From Fistulifera solaris (lineage: Eukaryota), in assembly GCA_030295235.1 (NCBI GenBank), contig AP026149.1:434001-498000 (forward strand): 64,000 nt of DNA, written 5' to 3'. The position numbers and the translations under genes are program-made. The notes under the pieces are model-generated. The model saw only the letters and a program-made list of their open reading frames with translations. It was not told the DNA's origin and did no database searches. Positions 1 to 11,212 of the stretch are shown here, piece after piece (positions within the stretch are counted from its first letter, which is position 1; every line of letters begins with the position of its first letter).

Positions 1-68
1 ATCTCGGCGCCTTCCCTATGTTTCACGGCATCTTTTTCAGACCCATGACCTTCAAGTTTCGACGTCAT
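1..68 (-). CDS. Possible 5' start of a gene running off the left edge (MTSKLEGHGSEKDAVKHREGAE...)
   Basis: ATG at 68 with an open frame to the window edge, preceded by a TCATGACTC motif like other gene starts here; too short to identify. Confidence 0.25.
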   Translation of the reverse strand, partial: MTSKLEGHGSEKDAVKHREGAE

Positions 69-451
69 GGTTGTTTCTGGTTAGTCATGACTCGGAGTTG
101 AGACTTCAGTCGTGAGTCATAAAGATTTATTATGACGACTACTGTCCGTTCGGTACTAACGTCATTTTACAAAACGTCCGGATGCAATTTTCCGAACTAT
201 TTTTCGCTGAAAGCTTCGACCTTCGAAGTGGAAAAACCTTCTTGTTCTTTGCTTTCGTCGTCAATTCCAGTGCCCATCAATGTTCTGCAAGCTGCCTTTC
301 ATGTTTTCTTGCGATGCTAATATTAACACGTTGCTCCTTGCACAAGCCAGTCCTATACATTATTCTTTTTTTTGAGGTGGCGACATAATCGATGAAGACC
401 AAGTATTACCGATATTCTAAAAAGTAAGTTTGATACTTTAACCAACACATC

Positions 452-1380
452 TCAGGACCAATTTCGAGGTTTTCCAGCAACGAAGTCGGTCGTCCGTGAA
501 TTCTGAATACCTTCAAAGTCTGGCCATGTCTTGAGTGCTAGTGCCTGATCCCAAAACATGTATTCCAGTTTGCAAGCAGTGATGAAGTGGTTCGACATTT
601 CGTTGAACATTTCCGACGAAGCAGTCGAGCACGCGATATCAACCAGTTGAATGTATTCGTTGACGCGCTGTTCGAATACTTCTCCTGCGTACATATCAAT
701 CCAAGCGTCAAAAGCAGGCATACGCCTTACACTGAAAGCCACGAATTGTAAAGCTAGTTAGGTTTGACGAATCGGGCGCTTTTTCATCCTATCCGCTCTT
801 CACCTCTTACCTATCACCAAGCTCTTCGCGAAGCCTTAGCATACATTTGCCAACATGAAAGTATACCCAGTAACAGGGAAGTAATGCCACAAGACCCTCC
901 GGATGAGGACGCGTCGCAACGACTCGTTTCAAATAGCTTGTGTACAGTAGGGTATCGGGCATTTGCTGAACGCCGGCAGCATCGATACCCCACTCTCGAA
1001 AGAAGCCCGTGTGCATATCCGTTTCAAAGGCTATGACGCCTTTTGAAAATCGCGCTAGGAGCTCTGCATCTTTTATTGGTATACCGCAATTTTTGCTCAG
1101 TATGTGAAGGCAATCGCCAAAATCACGTAAATACAGCTGTAATGAAAACTATTAGTGGCGGCTAAGTTTTGGTCTCCCAATGTATGATATGAGTCACAAA
1201 GATATAACTTACAGCATCCTGGATAGCATAGTACTTGAAGCTCTCCACATCCAATTTCCCATACACCATATCAACGAGAAAGGGGTGTTTTTCGAGCCTA
1301 CGAATTATCGGAGCAGCAGCGTTCCATAAATCGTGGGATGTTCTCCTATTTGATTCGGCTGTCATTGCTACGGCTGTCAT
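452..1380 (-). CDS. tenA: TenA/thiaminase II (aminopyrimidine aminohydrolase) family, 3 exons
   Basis: Motifs HPFL..M..G.L....FKYYAIQDALYLRDF, YTSYL, LLPCYWVY, WIDMY, LEYMFWD; GT-AG introns 1137-1212 and 732-810 join the three ORFs in frame. Confidence 0.9.
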
Positions 1381-1711
1381 TGCTAGTATAGGAGTGTTTG
1401 TCTTGGAAGAAAGATGATTAAGATATCAGATGATGGAGTGCCTGTCAAAAATGAGAGGTGCGGCCATCACAAAATTCCACTGTCCAAGCCAAAATCAAAA
1501 GCGGCAACAAGTTCTGATCTGACGACAGCAAGACGTGCTGCGACTCGGACGTCAAGTGATGTAGCAAAGAGATACCTGGTAGGTCAACTAACTATTGTTA
1601 TCACTAAGCAGAGTAATTTATTAATAATCTATTTGTTTGCGGTAAATGCTGCACCGGTGTTTATGCTCTTGCTACAATAATGGATTGCCAAAACGTTTTT
1701 CGATCCGCCGC

Positions 1712-2920
1712 TTAGTCCGTTTTTGCTTCTTCCGTCGCGTCGTCGCCATCTTCATCCTCCGCGGCTTCTAAAACATCTGCAGGAGCGGCAATGTCGGGAA
1801 GACCGTTCCCATCGTCGGCTTCATTATTCACCTCCATAACTGCTGGCCTAGCCAGCGCTTCGGGTCTCCACATGGGGAATATCGAAAGAAAGAAGCTACC
1901 GATGAAAAGCCCTACATCTCGCAACCATTGCATCCCCCTGTCTTGTTCAATCTGTGGAGCTGGTTCAATGACTCCACCAATGAACGTGTCCCTCCATCCC
2001 GGATCTTCCGCCTCTACATTGTCGGTACCATTGGGTTCATTCCGCGGTCGCGGCGGCAAACGCTGACCTTGCGGTTGCATCCTTTGCGCATATCGCTCCA
2101 GCGCGTCATTGACTTCTTGCTCCATATCTCCCAAACTTTCCCCTTTCCATAATATTCGATGAAAATACTTTTCTTGGACGTAGAATATGTATATGACTTT
2201 TAACATTCCCGTTTGATAGAGAAATCCACCGACCACAAACACCACGAGTAAGTGCAACCGATAAAAGTGCCATATCCAGTCATCGTCATCGATCGATTGT
2301 TGTCTCCGACTGAGTCGAGTGAACAAGATCGACAATATAAAAACCACTTTAATGATGAGTCCCGCATCAAAGTTGGGGGCCAATCGACGACGCAAAGCCA
2401 AGAATATTTGCAAAACTTGATACAGATGAGACACAAACGATCGTCCTGCATTTGGAGGGGATGCTGTTGTAGTAAAAGTCGTCTCCGCATTTTGTTCGTA
2501 AATTTGAACTTTGTGGAACAATTCATCAATTTGGCGATTCAACTCTTCCCGCGATGTGGATTGCTGCTGTTGTTGTTGATTATTGTTTTGTAGAACATGT
2601 TCTGTGAGATAATCCATCCGTTTGTGTAAATCCAGTATCATTTGCGTTTGTTGTTGCATCATGTGCAACAAGCGTTCTTCTGTAGACGATGAAGTTGCGA
2701 CGGGAAGCAAAGACGCATTCGTATTCTGTTCCGTTGCAAGAATCATCGATGTTTCTGTGGAATTTGTTGGAAGGTTTGTTGTTTCATTGGCGTCTTCCTG
2801 ACGCAACAGCTCCAACAAGGCGTCACGCGACACTGGATCCATGGGAGAGTTCTCATCGACGCCGGCTTGTCGTAAAAATTGACGAATCCTTTCATCATTC
2901 GGTGGAAGTATAGCCGACAT
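1712..2920 (-). CDS. Hypothetical membrane protein (coiled coil plus 2-3 TM segments)
   Basis: 402-aa ORF with hydrophobic segments and a C-terminal SFFLSIFPMW motif. Confidence 0.75.
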   Translation of the reverse strand: MSAILPPNDERIRQFLRQAGVDENSPMDPVSRDALLELLRQEDANETTNLPTNSTETSMILATEQNTNASLLPVATSSSTEERLLHMMQQQTQMILDLHKRMDYLTEHVLQNNNQQQQQQSTSREELNRQIDELFHKVQIYEQNAETTFTTTASPPNAGRSFVSHLYQVLQIFLALRRRLAPNFDAGLIIKVVFILSILFTRLSRRQQSIDDDDWIWHFYRLHLLVVFVVGGFLYQTGMLKVIYIFYVQEKYFHRILWKGESLGDMEQEVNDALERYAQRMQPQGQRLPPRPRNEPNGTDNVEAEDPGWRDTFIGGVIEPAPQIEQDRGMQWLRDVGLFIGSFFLSIFPMWRPEALARPAVMEVNNEADDGNGLPDIAAPADVLEAAEDEDGDDATEEAKTD

Positions 2921-3459
2921 TTTGGAATACTACAGTAATGATAATGAAAAGAAATAGTCGGCAAGTTTGTTTTTGTCGAGGGATGGTAGGTGCCTTTTGC
3001 TCGGGCAACCACCGCCGCGTGCGAAAAAGTATCGCAAATAATAATGATGACCACGTGATGATGACGATGAAAAAATTACGCGCGAAAAACAAATACTAAC
3101 TCACTTCAAGTTAGGGTTGGGGATCACCGAAGAACGGATCTTGCCGATCACGGATTGCAGATAAGGCTCACTTTCACTATGACATAAGGTGTTGACCCTC
3201 TTTTTTTTAGAATTTCGAGAAGGGTTTCGCCGTTGAGTACTGGTTGGTACCGGTACCGGTACCTGGTACTGGTAATAATGGATTGAAGGAATGCGCGCAC
3301 ACGACAAAAAAAATAAATTCTGTTGCATTTTGCATTGCTTGCATATTACTAGTATTTGAGAAGAGACAAAAGGTTTGTTGTTTGGCTCCCTTCCTTTCAT
3401 TTCTTTGTGTTCTTTCATTTCGATTCATTACCTCAAGACAGCAACAACAAGCAAGAAGC

Positions 3460-5097
3460 ATGTCACAAAACGAGGAGCCTGTCGATCCACCGTCCGCGCC
3501 GCGACGACAAGTCAGTACGGTCGTCGAACCCAAAGTCCAAGCCGGATTGCTAGGATCGACGAGTAATTTAATCAATTCCATCGTCGGATCCGGTATTATT
3601 GGTTTACCGTACGCTTTGAACGAGTCCGGAATCGTGGCGGGTATTCTCATGATTGTGCTCGTGTCGTATTTTACCGACAAGACGTTGCGGATGATTGTCG
3701 AATTGGCGACCTATCATCCTGATTTGTACGGAATGGGAGTTAAAACGTACGAAGATATGCTTGCGATACCGTTCGGAATGGCCGGACGACGTTTTATTAT
3801 GATTGCCATGTTCATTATGGCGTACGGGGCCATGATAAGTTATATGATTATTGTCAAAGATACGGTCCCGACCGTTCTCGGATTGGGAAATTCGTGGATC
3901 GAACGAGAAGGTGTTATGGTCGTCCTAACCACATGTACCATGTTACCCTTGAGTATGATGCGGGATATTTCGCAATTGGCCTGCACAAGTGCATTGTCGG
4001 TCACGGCCGATGTCATTCTCGTCATTGTGTTGGTCGTTGAAGCCCCGATTCGACGATCCGTGTCGGAAGCGGGAGGATTGGGTGCTGTCATTTCCGAAAA
4101 TGTGATCAAACAAGGTTTCTTTGTCGGATTGGGGGTATTGAGTACCGCCATGGCATGTCAACATTCGGCATTTTTGATTTCGGGAACCTTAGCGGATTCC
4201 ACCGCCTCACGGTGGGCGATCGTCACCAAACATTCTCTCTTTGTGGCAGGAACTCTGTCATTGACGTTTGCGGTCATGGGGTACTTGGGTTATCTTGATG
4301 AAACGCAAGGCGACATTTTGAAAAATTTTGATCCGGAATCCACTGCCGTCAATGCGGGTCGAATTTTACTCGCCATCACCATGGTATTTACGTATCCCAT
4401 GGAATCCTTTGTGTGCCGGCATATTTTGATGCAACTGGTATTTTCGGGTGATATGGACAATTCGTCGGTCGGGCCCAATGGTGAATCAATACCCGAGTCC
4501 AAGGTCTTGGGTTTCTTGGGTCGTCGCGAAACGTGGACGCTCTATCTGTATTTGGCGGCATTGATCCCAGCGATTCTACTCCGCGACATTGGTCCAGTAT
4601 TATCGATTACAGGGTCATTAGGGGCAAGTTCGGTAGCCTATATCGCGCCTGGCTTGGCCTATTTGGGTTTGCATGGTTCCGAATTTTTGATTTGGTCATC
4701 GCAGTCGATACCCAGCCATGACAAGGTGGACGGCGGAGGCGAAGTCGAATTGCCCGTGGCCGGCGATGCGACGGCCGAATTGCAAACCGAGTCAAAGACG
4801 AGTGCATCCTTTGCAAGAAGCCGCACGATACATCCGTGGTGGTGGTACCCGACATTGATGCCTATTTGGACGGCTGTGGCCAGTAAGGGCGCTTTGGGGA
4901 CCAAACAATTTGTGGATACATATCATGCCGGGCATACCGAAGATACCAAGTCTCTTTCTGTTCCGGTGATAAGAGCGCGGAAACGTGATTTGATCTGGAG
5001 TATTGTATTTATCGTGTTTGGTGTAATCGCTGCAACCTTGGGGTTAGTGAGCAACATTATTTTCGAGACGCGGGATATCTTTTTCTCACCGCACTAA
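3460..5097 (+). CDS. Amino-acid transporter, AAAP/SLC38 (Aa_trans) family
   Basis: NLINSIVGSGIIGLPYA motif, AMACQH, FTYPME, ~11 TM helices; likely start MSQNEE at 3460 (ORF track extends upstream to 3244). Confidence 0.92.
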   Translation: MSQNEEPVDPPSAPRRQVSTVVEPKVQAGLLGSTSNLINSIVGSGIIGLPYALNESGIVAGILMIVLVSYFTDKTLRMIVELATYHPDLYGMGVKTYEDMLAIPFGMAGRRFIMIAMFIMAYGAMISYMIIVKDTVPTVLGLGNSWIEREGVMVVLTTCTMLPLSMMRDISQLACTSALSVTADVILVIVLVVEAPIRRSVSEAGGLGAVISENVIKQGFFVGLGVLSTAMACQHSAFLISGTLADSTASRWAIVTKHSLFVAGTLSLTFAVMGYLGYLDETQGDILKNFDPESTAVNAGRILLAITMVFTYPMESFVCRHILMQLVFSGDMDNSSVGPNGESIPESKVLGFLGRRETWTLYLYLAALIPAILLRDIGPVLSITGSLGASSVAYIAPGLAYLGLHGSEFLIWSSQSIPSHDKVDGGGEVELPVAGDATAELQTESKTSASFARSRTIHPWWWYPTLMPIWTAVASKGALGTKQFVDTYHAGHTEDTKSLSVPVIRARKRDLIWSIVFIVFGVIAATLGLVSNIIFETRDIFFSPH

Positions 5098-5203
5098 TCA
5101 TTCACAGCAAGCGAAAAGGAATGTTAACTATCAAAATGCAAGAAGCCATTTTATAAGCAGCCTGTTATATCATTGCATAGTAATAACTTCATGGTCAAAC
5201 ATT

Positions 5204-6351
5204 TCATTGCGATTGCGTCACTCCGTCTGACAAAGACATCGTCGCTTGAGACGTACTATGTATGGATTCCTCATTGGTGGCTTCGGGAACGGGGGACATC
5301 GATGGCCTGGGCTCCGTCGTGCTTTTGGATACCGTCGATGGAGGCGACTTGTTGGTCACATCTTTCGTTACAGCAACTTTGAATTCTGCTTTCTTCGAGG
5401 GTGTCACTTTCCGCTGCTTGGGCGTTGTAGAAGTGACGGCTTTTTTGCGGACTTTTTCTCCAGTCGACGATGATGTAGGCGCATCGACATGACACTGTCG
5501 CAAAGCCGTCATATACACCGGATCTTGCTGAATTTCGGGATAATCGTGTAAGAGTTTCTGCAATACATCTTTGGGATTGGAGTTGTCGTCTTGCAATGCC
5601 GTTTGCAGTAGTTTTGTACGTTCAAACGAACGATTGGCTTGCCGGTGTGCCGCCAAGATCTCGTGTTGCAAGACGGGTAAATTAACGGCGTCCGCCCGGG
5701 GAACACCTCGATTGACGCAGTAGCGAGGCGTTTTACTTTCGTCTTCCTCTTGCACTTTTGAACTAATCCAATGCAGACCAGCACTTCGAGCACATCTTGT
5801 ATTAAGGAGGGGCTGTTGTTGACAGGCAAATTGTATTCAAGTTGTCCGGCTGTGAGAGCTCCGTACAGTTGAAGTAGTGTCAGCAAGTCTCGGACAGTTT
5901 GCGGAATGATGGAGTAATCTTCCAAGTCAAAGGAATGTTGATTGGATTGCGTTTGTGGTGTTTGTTGCGCTGGCGGTGGCGGAGTATGCGTTGAGGATCG
6001 CTGTAGAGTTTGTTTCTGTATTTTTTGCGAGGATGCTGGTTCCGTAGGTTTCTTGACCGCCGGATTGTTGGTTGCACTCGCATCCGAGAGCTTGCGCTTC
6101 TTCGAGACCGTCTCGGCAACGATGGTAGGTACCGTTTGTGCTGCCGCAGTAGCAGGTGGAATCGGGTCGCTCTCTTTTTCTTGTATAGATTTCTCACTGC
6201 TGATAGTGGTGCTTTCAGCGGGTAAGTCTTGCACTTTCTCTCTTTCGTTTGTCTTCTGGTGCTGCTGTTGTGGATTGTCGATATTAAGTGCTTCGGTGAT
6301 CTTTGCAACATCCTGCTCTTCGACTATCTTTTCAGCTGCCTCTTCCGTCAT
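5204..6351 (-). CDS. Hypothetical protein with possible winged-helix segment; one homopolymer frameshift
   Basis: ORFs 5509-6453 and 5204-5755 fuse if one A is added to the run near 5757 (GLVQK-VQEED); LLQLYGALTAGQLEYNL...DVLEVLVCIGLV is wHTH-like. Confidence 0.65.
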
Positions 6352-6973
6352 ATTTATTATGTCTTTGTGAAACACTATTTCAATAGCCGCGGTTGTTGTA
6401 AGTAAGGAATGCAAACAGAATGATAAAAACTGGTAGCAAGTAGCAAGTAGCAATAAGAATAAAGTCTTTATGAGCGGCGTTTTCTGTTCCGTAGTATTTT
6501 TATAACGTTAGTGTAAACCAGCGGACAGCGGACAGGCGACAGTTTTCATTAGTTCGTAGTACTCTCTAAAGTGTAGCCGCCTTTTTTACTCTACTATGGG
6601 ATAAAGTGTTCCTTCTCGACTTCCACGACAGAATTCAGTCATGAAAACGGATGAATTTTGCAACATCGTTTACTGATCAATTACCGGTACCTGGTAGTGT
6701 AAAAGCTGTAACAACTTTTATTGGCAATGGACGAATACGTTTAAGCATGATCTATGTAAGAACGTCACAGGAAAATGTAAGCATAACACTACCAGGTACA
6801 TGTACTGCTGACGATTACGGCACATTTTGTATCCTTAGTTTGTGAAATGGTACATGAAGTTTTCGCTGATTCACCGACTGATAAAAATTTGTGACCAAGG
6901 CTAAAAAGCCAAGATTTGAAAAAGGTGCAGCTTTTTTCTAAGTCTAAGTCGATTTCCGGACCATTCAACCACC

Positions 6974-7174
6974 TCCAGAAATTCTGGACGAGTCACAGAA
7001 TTTCTGTATGACTAACAACCTGGTCCAGAAATTCTGGACCTCTCCCAGAATTTCTGTATTACCAACAACCTGGTCCAGATATTCTGGACCTCTCCCAGAA
7101 TTTCTGAATGAGCAACAACCTGTATGACCAACAACCTGGTCCAGAAATTCTGGACCAGTCACAGAATTTCTGTA
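6974..7174. repeat. 50-bp minisatellite, ~3.7 units, each with two palindromes
   Basis: Units start at 6974, 7024, 7074, 7140 (TCCAGAAATTCTGGACC..CAGAATTTCTGTATGACCAACAACCTGG); a 16-bp sub-duplication lies in unit 3. Confidence 0.95.
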
Positions 7175-7408
7175 AGTTTTATTACTTATGTTCAGTCATG
7201 AAGGGTTGATTACGTCATCGCGCCGTCGCATTTCGCGTTTCTTTTTTTCTTCCTATTTTCAACGATGATGGATTTTGGTATACCTGGTAGCGAATATCAA
7301 TCTAAACTCTCAAAGCCCTCTCCTCGAAAGTGTTCTAGCCAACTTGTTCTATTTGTAAGTGATAGTGAGGCAGTCGATCTATCAATACTTCGCAGATTGC
7401 TACAAATA

Positions 7409-8929
7409 ATGATACGGACCCGTCGGGCCGCACAATTGTTACATTCGCATCATCGTGGTCTCTCGGCATGTTCTTTTTTCTTCCGCCGTCACTCCGGAGA
7501 GCATCAACCAGGATGACACAGCTTCGTCGTTACTTCGAATGCAAGGAGTACATGTAGGGAATGGACTGCCTCCTCTGCATGATTTTACCATTCAATCTCC
7601 GGCACACGGGGGACACATTGTTCTCGGTCGCAATGGAACAGGAAAAAGTCGACTCTTGCAAGCCGTTTTACGTCAAGACACTTCCACTACTTCTATCGAA
7701 CACGTCTCCTTCGAATCGCACCTTGCTTTGTTGCAAAAGGTGGAACCGTGTACAAAGCACTCGCCCAAGGTAATCTCAACAAAGCCGCCCAATTTCTAAT
7801 AGTCCGCTTTGGGTTGTTTCCACTCTTGCATCAAGATGTACGGACCTTATCGAATGGACAAATCAAAAAGTACTTATTGTGCGGGCGTTATCGCATCGAC
7901 CAGCACTGCTCTTACTCGACAATGCCTTTGATGGCTTGGATGTCGCTAGTCGTGACGTATTGAAGCAACTCGTGTCGAAAACCTTGCAGGGATTTACACG
8001 TGATATTCTCGTGCAAGGCGTCAGTGCCCGGAATACGGCTCGGACGCAAGTGGTGCAGGTCACTCAGCGTGCGGAAGAAATTGTGGATGAATTCCGTATC
8101 ATGACCTTTCTAGATCGAACGGCAGAGATTAATGGGAAGTGGAGAACGACAGCTCGAGATACCATGTCGTCTACAGAATTGCTGCATTTGGCATTGCATT
8201 CTCCCTCTGCGGAACCGCCACTGCCGGACCGTAACACTTTAGAAGGGTGGTGGCAATCATTGCACCCCGTCGATACGAATCATCCTATTGATGATGATTC
8301 GGCTCTACTCGTCAGGTTGAATCAATTAACCATTGAACGGAACGGAAAAGCACTCCTCAAAAATTTAACATGGCAAATTCATAAAGGCGAACGGTACATT
8401 GTCGGTGGGTTAAACGGTGCAGGCAAGTCTACATTGAGCCGGTTGCTGGCACATCGGGAAGAGGGAAACCACAATCGTTCACGGAACGATACAAGCCGTC
8501 GAAGCGGATCAAGTCGGATGGGTGTCCACAGAACGGCACATGGCGTTAGCGAATTCCAATGTTTGTGTCAAGGACATGTTTCCGGTGTGTCAATTACCAG
8601 CCGTTTGGCTGGGAGTGGATCACTTGATGGAACGGTCATTTGCGGAAATTTCACAAGGCGAACAACGGTTGGTGCTCATCGCGTCCGCGATCGCGATGCG
8701 TCCGCAGCTGTTGGTATTTGATGAACCGTGTCAAGGACTGGATTTACTCCATCGACAACGTGTGTTAGATCTCGTAGAACGGATCTGTGAAGCCACTGAC
8801 ATGAGTCTCATTTACATTACGCATCATATGGAGGAACGAATAGAAGCGGTTCAGCATGCGTTGCATTTGGTGGAAGGAGAGATTGTTTTTTCGGGGGGTG
8901 TCGCCTCGTATGATCCAGATAAGTTGTAA
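7409..8929 (+). CDS. ModF-like ABC ATPase with two nucleotide-binding domains and no TMD; ~4 homopolymer frameshifts
   Basis: Walker A GRNGTGKS and GLNGAGKST, signatures LSNGQ and ISQGEQR, Walker B LLLLDNAFDGLD and LLVFDEPCQGLD, YITHH; frames switch at runs near 7475, 7737, 7867, 8464. Confidence 0.85.
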
Positions 8930-9082
8930 ATCAGGGTAATGACTGATGTTTGGTCCGGTCGACACAAAATAAAACACTTTACAGTCAACTGTGATACTCG
9001 GCTACTTTACAACATACAAATTCTTTTTCTAATTGTTACAGTTCATCTCTACTAGCTCTTTCTTTTGTGTTTCTTCCCATTT

Positions 9083-9544
9083 TCAATCCATGGCCCTCCA
9101 AAGCGGTCGGCACGTCGAGCACTTTCGAATCTGAAGGCAACGGCATCCGTTCTGTGCGCGAACTCTGTCTTGTGCTCTTCGAGCTTCTCGAAAAAAGCAT
9201 CGGATATCATGACCATTGTACCACATGGCTCTCTTTTGTTCCAAAGATAATGAGTAGCGGTTCGGAATTTCCACGACAGTAACGGACGGGGGTCCTTCGA
9301 GATCATCGGCATCTGGCCCGAAATGTACTCTTCGTTGATGACGCCGTCTGGGTTGAGTTTCATATCGTGTGTATTTGTGAGGATGGAAGGAGGAGAATGA
9401 ATAAGGGTATTGCGCTGTGTATTCCCAGGCCCGCTTGGATCTTGGCGGAAGAAAGGCGTCGTGTGATGTTTTGTCAAAGAAGGAAACGGCATCCCAAGAA
9501 TCGCCTGCCGCATGCATATGCAGTAAAGGATCGAACCATAGCAT
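9083..9544 (-). CDS. Small diatom-type hypothetical protein
   Basis: RRVHF...VTVVEIPNRYSLSLEQKRAMWYN pattern resembles a common diatom small-protein motif (recognised from memory, not searched). Confidence 0.55.
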   Translation of the reverse strand: MLWFDPLLHMHAAGDSWDAVSFFDKTSHDAFLPPRSKRAWEYTAQYPYSFSSFHPHKYTRYETQPRRRHQRRVHFGPDADDLEGPPSVTVVEIPNRYSLSLEQKRAMWYNGHDIRCFFREARRAQDRVRAQNGCRCLQIRKCSTCRPLWRAMD

Positions 9545-10057
9545 TATTATTCGGCGTAAGAAGAGTAATTGCTCGTGCTATAGTTTGTTATAGCGAGCAG
9601 AAAAATGAAAGACCTTGGTGGCGTTTGACAATTTTTATTATTTTGTGAGCGAAAAGGTATCCAGCGATTTTGTTTTTCAAATTTGATGGGCTTGAGCGAC
9701 GAGTGAGCGTTAGGCCTGTCGCATTTGTACTAACGTTGTGAGTGTCGAAACGTGGAACCGCAAGACATCGCGCACGCAATCCTTGTATTTGAAACGCGCT
9801 TCCGTTGAGGCGTCTATAAGAAATAAAGTACAACGACGTCACGTCGCGTGTCGAACCGCTTATAGATGTCTCAACGTTCCTGTGTAGGTTACGTTGACAG
9901 TTGAAACTATGTTTGACATCCACATGCATCATTCTCGATTTATTCGACGGTTCCAAGACTTTATTAAAAACCTAGCAAAACGTCTTTGTAAGCTAAAGCG
10001 CACGTCGCAAATCGCGAGTGGCGAAGAAATGAACGCCTCATCCAAACTAACGTCAAG

Positions 10058-10809
10058 TTATTCGTCTTCATCTCGCGTGACTAGAACTTGGCCGAACGTT
10101 TGTGAACCAAGAAAAGTTAGATACGACGGAACCTGGTCGGAGACAGGAAGGAATCGATTGCGAGCAGCGCACCAGTAATCGGGATGAACCCATGCTGCCT
10201 TCATTTCGGCCACAACAAGCCAATGATCTTCGTCTAAGATGGGACTATTCTGCAGTATCTGATGAATTTTGCAAGCAATAAACGCCACGCAACCTTCCAC
10301 ACCGAAAAGCGTCGAAGAAGTTTCATGGGTGGTATCAATATCACTTAATGAAATAGCTCGCAAACCGGGGATTCCTTCCGGAAAACGCGGCCTTTTTGCT
10401 TTCGTGTGTGTGGCGCGGAATCTGGCTCGTGATTCTTCGACACATGATCCGGAAATTTACTTCCGTAGGCTCCTGACACGGAACCCACTTGACGCAACAA
10501 TTTTTCCATTCCGTGTACGGGGACACTCAAAACAAAGTGTTCCTGACGCAACAAAAGAGATGCAGAATGCCGGTGTTTGTGAATACTGAACAGAAATTTT
10601 CCTTCATTATTTGTAGCCGTAAGCCAGGATAATACCATGACATTGCGAATGTCGCCACCGCCCGAACACAAGAAACAAACCGGATTGGGGTACAAGAGTC
10701 GGCTGAGTTGTTTTCCTTGTGTGAGTTTTCTCCAAGAGGTGTCTGTGTGTTGTGGTACATCGCTTTGTCGTGCGGCCTCCCCAAGTTGATCGCTTGTTGA
10801 TTGATTCAT
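10058..10809 (-). CDS. Flavin reductase-like FMN-binding split-barrel protein; one frameshift
   Basis: LLYPNPVCFL, NVMVLSWLT, FVLSVP, VEGCVAFIAC, DHWLVVAE; ORFs 10345-10809 and 10058-10363 join at the T run near 10395. Confidence 0.75.
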
Positions 10810-11212
10810 TCGTTTAATCTTTTTGATGGATATTTACCGAAACAAGTACGGTAGCTCATAAATAAGTGCGCTTTTCATTATAGTTGTAATTATGTCATCA
10901 TGCGCGGTCGGCGTTTTCGTTCTATGACTCGTGACCCAGAGTCACGAGCTAAGCGGGTCTGACTTACGGGTCTGCATTGACTTTTAGTCGCCCGCCTGCT
11001 TCACCTTCAACTCATTGAAGCTTACACTTTTAGATACAGTCAAATTGAGGATGATTCACTATTATTATTATTTCATCTCGCCTCGCAAAACTCACAACAG
11101 CTCGTTTTTTTCTCCTCGAACTCGTCGTGTCTATCGACGATCATTGGCAATCAATTGCTACGTGTCATTCATCACGTGAACTACCGTACAATCTTCTAGC
11201 ATCCCCCTCAAC

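Noticed and set aside
330..470. TPP riboswitch in the tenA 3' region (CTGAGA overlaps the stop codon; GGTAATAC downstream)
   Set aside because: No P2 pairing, no ACCTGAT and no GCG.AGGGA elements visible; an Infernal RF00059 search would settle it
3244..3459. N-terminal extension MVPVPVPGTG of the transporter
   Set aside because: Translation of the GGTACC microsatellite and 5' region from a non-ATG start; the likely start is 3460
6974..7174. CRISPR array
   Set aside because: Sequences between the palindromes are themselves repeated, so there are no unique spacers; no cas genes; eukaryotic context
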